In this document: piece by piece, positions 15,069 to 15,907 of the stretch
Position numbering within the stretch: position 1 is the stretch's first letter
How the letters are laid out: each line of letters begins with the position of its first letter
Source: Escherichia coli
Lineage (GTDB): Bacteria; Pseudomonadota; Gammaproteobacteria; Enterobacterales; Enterobacteriaceae
NCBI RefSeq assembly: GCF_003334335.1
Contig: NZ_QOWQ01000058.1
Strand: one strand, 5' to 3'
DNA length: 15,907 bases
Program-made: the position numbers and the translations under genes
The notes under the pieces: generated by a model
The model's input: only the letters and a program-made list of their open reading frames with translations
Databases searched by the model: none
What the model was told of the DNA's origin: nothing

Positions 15069-15093
15069 GATAAGAATAAGTCTTATTCTAACA
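15069..15093 (-). promoter_or_regulatory. candidate extended -10 promoter (TGTTAGAAT) overlapped by a Fur-box-like palindrome upstream of the TonB_C lipoprotein gene
   Basis: The minus strand reads TGTTAGAAT at 15093..15085. The plus strand reads GATAAGAATAAGTCTTATT at 15069-15087, matching 13/19 of the Fur consensus GATAATGATAATCATTATC. The core AGAATAAG-T-CTTATTCT (15073-15089) is a perfect 8+1+8 palindrome, and the ATG at 15058 lies ~11 nt beyond the box. Confidence 0.3.
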
Positions 15094-15396
15094 ATGCCAC
15101 CCTGTCGGTCATCAATCCTCTGCTTAATGGCAACGACAATTATCCGACTTAAATCACAAATCAGACACATGACATAACAGAGCTTGCGAGGTAACACATC
15201 GTCCGGTTTCTTCCACCATCGCACCGGACCAGCGACCATGAGGGGACAACGCCGCGCTCCGTTAACGCGGTAAACCCCGGTGTGTATCGTTTTTGATTAT
15301 CCCCGCACACTCTCGCAGAGGAGTCTCCCTGTCGGGCTGCGGTCTCTGTTAATGCAGGAATACGGCGACAATACCGCGCATGGATAATAAGGTCGC

Positions 15397-15621
15397 TCAA
15401 CACACTGGCTGTAATGCAGCGGATACCATGCGGCATTTAGCGGCATTCATCGTACTCTCAACGGTTAGCTCTTCATTCGTGGCATTCACCTGAAAGGTCC
15501 GGGAGTGTAATTGCGTACATTTACCACTGAACGAACCTTCAACAAGAACACGACCACGCTGCAAAATACGGAACGGAATTGTTCCCTGAAAAGGCTTTAC
15601 GGTTACCAGTAATTTCTTCAT
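15397..15621 (-). CDS. hypothetical 74-aa protein translationally coupled to Rz
   Basis: Its ATG overlaps the Rz stop (ATGA at 15618-15621). The product is MKKLLVTVKPFQGTIPFRILQRGRVLVEGSFSGKCTQLHSRTFQVNATNEELTVES.... It looks beta-rich, has no signal peptide or lipobox, and matches no family I recognise. The C-terminal ~18 aa look low-quality, so it may be a truncated gene. Confidence 0.45.
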   Translation of the reverse strand: MKKLLVTVKPFQGTIPFRILQRGRVLVEGSFSGKCTQLHSRTFQVNATNEELTVESTMNAAKCRMVSAALQPVC

Positions 15622-15907
15622 GCATTCTCCGGATAATAAAAAGCCAGCTTAGTGCACTGAGTGCGGATATATTCCTGCGCCCCTTCCAGCTGCTTCTGCA
15701 TTGTCATCAACCGTTCTCTGAGGATGAAATAATCCCGTTCAGCGGTGTCTGCCAGTCGGGGGCCGGTTGCATTATCCACGCCGGAGGTGCCGGTGGCTTC
15801 ACGCACGGTACCGGGGCAGGTGGCGTTGATCCGCAGGCGCTTACGACCAGCGGCAACGTCAGCGCGCAGAGTTTCATTTTCAGCTCTCGCATCGGCTAAT
15901 TCCCTCG
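15618..15907 (-). CDS. Rz: i-spanin Rz, C-terminal part (gene continues beyond the right edge)
   Basis: The frame is open from the window edge: RELADARAENETLRADVAAGRKRLRINATCPGTVREATGTSGVDNATGPRLADTAERDYFILRERLMTMQKQLEGAQEYIRTQC.... This is near-colinear with lambda Rz as I recall it (...AENDALRDDVAAGRRRL...REATTASGVDNAASPRLADTAERDYFTLRERLITMQKQLEG...). Confidence 0.9.
   Translation of the reverse strand, partial: RELADARAENETLRADVAAGRKRLRINATCPGTVREATGTSGVDNATGPRLADTAERDYFILRERLMTMQKQLEGAQEYIRTQCTKLAFYYPENA
15707..15892 (-). CDS. Rz1: o-spanin Rz1 lipoprotein, embedded in the +1 frame of Rz
   Basis: The product is MRELKMKLCALTLPLVVSA|CGSTPPAPVPCVKPPAPPAWIMQPAPDWQTPLNGIISSSENG. It has a lipobox (VSAC), a proline-rich mature part, and the lambda Rz1-like motif CVKPP.PPAWIMQP.PDWQTPLNGII. 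It lies entirely inside the Rz reading frame. Confidence 0.9.
   Translation of the reverse strand: MRELKMKLCALTLPLVVSACGSTPPAPVPCVKPPAPPAWIMQPAPDWQTPLNGIISSSENG

Noticed and set aside
15161-15436. 91-aa minus-strand ORF in the gap between the 74-aa ORF and the TonB_C gene
   Set aside because: It is Arg/Cys/Thr-rich and unprotein-like, overlaps the end of the Rz-coupled ORF in another frame, and has no SD. I treat the region as non-coding or decayed.

Overview
The window is the late (lysis-to-tail) region of a lambdoid / HK97-like siphovirus prophage of an enterobacterial host. It is transcribed almost entirely on the minus strand. Reading right to left: the 3' part of the Rz/Rz1 spanin pair; a small accessory (moron) region holding a 74-aa ORF coupled to Rz, about 330 nt with no convincing ORF, an AT-rich TonB-C-terminal-domain lipoprotein gene, and an oppositely oriented YlcI/YnfO-like ribbon-helix-helix gene; then an HNH endonuclease and a 290-bp intergenic region with an array of GTTAACAT motifs (probable cos / terminase recognition region). 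After that come the small and large terminase subunits, a fused prohead protease-major capsid ORF, a 73-aa ORF, the portal, a 407-aa tandem-repeat protein, four head-tail joining/completion genes, an Ig-tagged major tail protein, G/G-T chaperones with an A-AAA-AAG -1 slippery site, a 1080-aa tape measure, gpM-like and the start of gpL-like. The tail-tip end (H, M, L) and Rz/Rz1 resemble lambda, while the head and packaging genes are HK97-type, so the element is mosaic. I see no recognisable multi-gene defence system: no RT, no ATPase/nuclease pair and no CRISPR. The items most worth follow-up are the repeat protein with a carbohydrate-binding-like C-terminus wedged into the portal-connector block, the protease-capsid fusion with an internal in-frame SD+ATG, the non-canonical head gene order, the GTTAACAT site array, and the TonB_C lipoprotein moron with a Fur-box-like palindrome over its own promoter. 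All homology statements are by-eye motif recognition from memory; no searches were run.
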